Assembly (NCBI GenBank): GCA_964247055.1 | Contig: OZ176051.1 | Location: 7,502,001 to 7,566,000, forward strand | Source of the DNA: Paragordius varius | Taxonomy: Eukaryota; Animalia; Nematomorpha | Reading direction: 5' to 3' | DNA: 64,000 bases | Shown here: piece after piece, positions 59,823-64,000 of the stretch | Layout: each line of letters begins with the position of its first letter | Position numbering within the stretch: position 1 is the first letter of the stretch | Program-made: the position numbers and the translations under genes | The notes under the pieces: generated by a model | What the model saw: only the letters and a program-made list of their open reading frames with translations | What the model was told of the DNA's origin: nothing | Databases searched by the model: none

Positions 59823-60270
59823 ATGGTATCCGAAGAAATACAAACTGATACGCCTTTTGAAATTATTAGTATATACTGGTTAAATTATTTTAAAGATGTT
59901 GATGGCTCCGATGAAAAATGCAAAACCTTCGTTTTACATGGAGAAGATCATACTTTAGGAAATATTTTGTGCCGCATAATAAATGGAAAGTAATATATGA
60001 TTATTTAAATGTATACCCTTTAATTAAATCTATAGTGCAGAAGTGGAGTTTTGTGGTTATAATATTCCTCATCCTTCAGAACATAAAATAAACATACGGA
60101 TTCAATCTAAATGTTTTCTTTTATAATAATTATTAGCTAAACCGGCTTTATCTATATTAAAACAAGGATTAGTAGACTTACAAAAAATTTGTGGAATATT
60201 GGATACAAAATTTCAAGTTTACATGATGTTTTATGCATAGGACGCCTTGAAAATATATAATCAAAATTAG
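59823..60270 (+). CDS. POLR1D: RNA polymerase I/III shared subunit RPAC2 (AC19), 5 exons: 59823-59868, 59896-59989, 60036-60112, 60137-60216, 60241-60270
   Basis: Removing four GT-AG introns (27, 46, 24 and 24 nt) gives [108 protein letters not shown], with the EDHTLGN and VEFCGY..PHPSE.KIN.RIQ motifs of POLR1D. Confidence 0.93.
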
Positions 60271-60335
60271 CTTTTTAAGGGATCCAAAATATTATATATA
60301 TATTAAATTGTATATTATCAATTGTACCTCTATTC

Positions 60336-60582
60336 CAGGGGGGTCCAATACGCGGTTCTTCGAGACTCTGGCCTGCGAAAAATTTGGAATACTACAATTT
60401 GCAAAAATATGCTCACAAAATTTTAGTATAATTGATATTACTTAATCTATATAATTGGCAAAAACTAGAAAAAAATGTTAAATTGTGTGTTCATTTTACA
60501 GTCTGAAATTTAATAAATTATGACAAATGCCTATTTATGTTTGCCATGCGGCCTGCGAAGCCATTTGTGTTGGATGCCCCTG
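60336..60582. mobile_element. hAT-superfamily MITE (247 bp)
   Basis: TIRs CAGGGGGGTCCAA / TTGGATGCCCCTG; perfect 8-bp TSD ctctattc (60328-60335 and 60583-60590); subterminal gcggcctgcg motifs. Confidence 0.9.
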
Positions 60583-61230
60583 CTCTATTCAAAACATAAT
60601 TACCAATTGTGTCGCGTATACTTGATCGGAACAATGATTTAATTGTATTCCATTATAAGGAAAATATAGTAAAGTAATCATATATTAAACACAAGAATTT
60701 TTGATTTCTTAGCAACTATATTAAATTGCATATGGTAATTGTTTTAACTCATATTGGATTGAGGCAACACTTATAATAAAAACTAATCTCATGAGATAGC
60801 CATTATATTAATTTTAATCTGTATAAATTTATTGAGAGAAAATTGTAAGAATTATATAGAAAAATTCTGCCACTTATCCTTTAAACATGACCGATAGCCA
60901 GCGCATTGTGATATTCACATATATTTATTATCATATAAGGATGGGTTGTCACCTTCTCCGGAAAATTTTTCAACAACTTTACCTTTTTATATATAATTAC
61001 AGTAATGACAAAACAGGCAGTTAAAAAAAACACGCTCTTTTGAGAATATTCAAATTTTCAAACTATTTGTATGCCTTATTGACTAGTAGAAGATTTTTCC
61101 TACGACTGTTGAAATTTTCCCATAAAACGTGATTATACCCGGGAGCTATAGGCAAATAATATGTTTTTCCACTATCATTACTTAATATAGCAAAGTCCAA
61201 TTTGAATGGTGCACTTTTTTGGAGGCCTTA

Positions 61231-61950
61231 TATAAAGGGTGAGATCCAGAGGCTAATTAAAACAAGCCTTTAAATATTACTTTTATACAAACTATTAATA
61301 ATAATTGATAAGTTTAATCATTTTTTCCAAAACAATGGTTAATTATTTATGGGGACTTTGTTTATAAAAACTACGCTATTTTACAGGCGCCAGATTGAAT
61401 GTTAGTTAATTTAAAAAAGTGGGTGTACTATGTTTGTGGCACAAAAATTAAATTTTATTATTTTAAAAGAGATTAGCCCATTCAGGAAAATTGATGGAAA
61501 CTGTATACTGATAAGAACTGTTATTTTCCAAAGATCTAGCGGAACACAACATTATCGTAAAAAATCTTTACATGCACGTTTTCCTGAAAATTGTGTATAA
61601 GCAAACGTTTTACATTTTTATAGATAAGAATGAGTATAGTTATTTATGAAAATGGCATTTCCAAATTAATTTTCTTTCTAAAATTGACCAAATTTTCAAT
61701 CTATAATTTTACAAAAAACCTACATATTTTTTGCGACTCAGCAGATATTTTTTGTAAAGCGTGATTACATAAAGTCAACCTGAACCTCTGCTTTAGGATA
61801 ATTGTAAAATAGGATGAATTTCGGTAAATTGCCTTTTAATTTGGACAGATATTGGAGCTAACTAAGAGCATATAATCTAAGATTATGGGCGCATTTATAA
61901 ATGAATACATAATGATCTTTATCCTAATTAAGTGAAAAACAACTTTTTCG
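61231..61950 (+). mobile_element. Possible decayed Tc1/mariner-type transposon relic
   Basis: TA|TAAAGGGTGAGATCCAGAG resembles AAGGGTG-type TIRs and there is a weak transposase-like remnant (LHARFPEN). No matching right TIR was found. Confidence 0.3.
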
Positions 61951-62530
61951 ATAATTGTTTAATAGACAACAATATATCATTTTTCAATCAAACGCAACAT
62001 TTTTTCAAGCAACAATATATTTTGCAAAGAAAAATGTTGCGTTTTGTTTATTGACTAAAAATTTTATAGAAAATTAATATGATATATGAAATGTACAATT
62101 AATGTGTTTTTTACTTATATGGGTTTAATATAATTTATTTAAAAAAATTAATTTGAGATATTAAATTACGGGGACTTAAAGTATTTCAGCAATATTTTAA
62201 ACATCCATTATTTAAAACTATTAATGTTTCAAAAATAAACATAACATTACGCAAAAATTAGCATTTTCGCACAATTAATGGTTTCGTTTTTTTATGATTT
62301 ATTTAGCTCATAGGTGATTGAAATGCAAAAGAACGCGCGCGCTGCATTTACAACTTAAGGGGAGCCCACTGTATTTTATTATAATTATTGTATTTAAAAT
62401 TAATATTTATAATTTAAAAAATGTCCTCTTTACATTACATAACTAAGTTGATTATAATCATTCAAATATTTATACACAATTTACATCACAATGCATATAT
62501 ATATCTACAATCAATTTATATTCTTATGCA

Positions 62531-62914
62531 TTACATAACTACGGCATAATTTACATTATTCATATTATGATTATTTCTCAAATTTTTTTTCAGTACTACT
62601 GTATTCTGAGTTTTAATGTGCTGAACTACTGTTGGTTTATTCATTGGCGTTTTTTTCCCAAATTGACCAAAATACCTTTCATCAGTATCATCGTCCTTTT
62701 TAGTATTGTTATTTCGCATTTTTCCCATGTTTGCCGTCTTTTTAGTTACGAGGCGGCCTGCCGTTTTAAGGATTCCCACTTCCCTTAAATAAGTTTGCAT
62801 AGATAGGGCAGAGGTCGGACTTGATTCATCAAAGAATGAAAGGATAGCATCTGGGACATGTTCATAACAATAATTTATTTCTTGCTCTCTTCGGTTTCGG
62901 GGTTGATGTGGTGT
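62531..62914 (-). CDS. Probable terminal exon of an unidentified gene
   Basis: Acceptor ttttatgccgacag at 62915-62916 followed by about 127 open codons (HHINPETEESKKINYCYEHVPDAILSFFDESSPTSALSMQTYLREVGIL...), GC-richer than its flanks. Candidate upstream exons lie near 63552-63598 and 63700-63925. I do not recognise the family. Confidence 0.5.
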   Translation of the reverse strand, partial: TPHQPRNRREQEINYCYEHVPDAILSFFDESSPTSALSMQTYLREVGILKTAGRLVTKKTANMGKMRNNNTKKDDDTDERYFGQFGKKTPMNKPTVVQHIKTQNTVVLKKNLRNNHNMNNVNYAVVM

Positions 62915-63339
62915 CTGTCGGCATAAAACAAAATAAAATATATGAAAAGAAGTAATTAATGTTAAGCAGTTTAATTACAGGTGAATTGAAAATATATGGG
63001 GTAAAACAACCTCTCTTTTAACTTTTTTAACTATTTAATTGGAGATTTACATAAGAAAATATTGATCATATGCCGAATTATAAATAAATTAACTATACTA
63101 TATTGTAAATTGGCTAAAGTTCCTTAATATAATGTAGAGATTTTTATTAATTCGTATATGGAAAGAACCTTCAAATAAAATATTATAAATTTTTATACAA
63201 TAAAACAACTCATTTTGGAGGCGCTAAATATAATAAAAACGATAAAAACTTATTTTTTGTGTAAATATAAATTGGGCATGAGATTTTTAACTTCGAGTGA
63301 TATTTTATTATAAAAAGTTATTTAAATTTTTTTTCAAAC

Positions 63340-63485
63340 TTTTTATATTCCCCAGAGCCATTAAATTCAATATATTTGGCTAAATTTTACATATGTTTTC
63401 TTTAGCCTTATAGGCGCTTAAAATAACATATAAATATATTTTAAAAATTCTCCTCTCAAACTTTTTCGCCGCCATTTTCCATTGT
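63340..63485. mobile_element. Family F3 repeat (partial)
   Basis: tattccccagagccattaaattc, ttttctttagccttataggcgc and ctctcaaactttttcgccgcc. Confidence 0.6.
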
Positions 63486-63937
63486 TTTTTACTCATTCAG
63501 CCCATTTTGATGATATAAACCAAAAATAATACAGATCAAAAAATAAAATTACTTTAGGTATGAGATGCTGAGTCGTATTTGCTCCAGTACAAGTGCTGAA
63601 ATATAAAAAATAAAAGTATATAAATATCTTATATTATATATTGTCGAAATAATTTAATATCTTTTATGCAAATTAATTTTGAAACAATCGAAAAAATAAA
63701 GCAAAAATACTGTTCGTTCGGAGATTTATTGAATCGAACTTCATTAATCATTATGTTGGGTATACTATATCAATAAAGTAAAATAAATTTTTTATGGTAA
63801 ACTTATGGTAAAAATTTAAAATGTAATATAAGCATTTATGTATATTCTAACTTGAGATTCGTCGTCTGATTAGTTGAATTTTGATTGGTATATTCATCAA
63901 GGGAATTTGTTGGTTTTTTATTCGTCTAAATTTATAG

Positions 63938-63980
<43 letters not shown>

Positions 63981-64000
63981 CAGGGGTTTGTAGTTAATTT

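Overview
AT-rich eukaryotic (animal) genomic DNA, not prokaryotic. It holds a few conserved housekeeping and signalling genes among abundant transposon debris. Genes I could reconstruct: LITAF-like (+, 2 exons), a divergent calmodulin-like EF-hand gene, CDK2AP1, PI4KB (-, about 15 exons, with a ~135-aa insertion in the kinase domain), an intronless PKA catalytic-subunit-like kinase, DDX24 (-, about 12.4 kb), POLR1D (+, missed by the ORF track because tiny introns split it) and a probable terminal exon of an unidentified gene. Main observations: (1) spliceosomal introns of only 22-28 nt with degenerate 5' splice sites occur in the same genes as multi-kb introns containing LINEs, a pattern suggestive of a myxozoan- or dicyemid-like parasite (inference only). 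(2) The DDX24 and POLR1D start codons are head-to-head, 27 bp apart. (3) DDX24 introns hold two decayed RTE-clade LINEs and an antisense Src42A/FRK-like SH3 pseudogene fragment. (4) An ~8 kb tandem array (23.3-31.4 kb) is built from modular inverted-repeat cassettes, a tRNA-like/SINE-like segment and a Helitron whose insertion site is filled in two copies and empty in two. All assignments come from reading the sequence and remembered family motifs; no database search was run.
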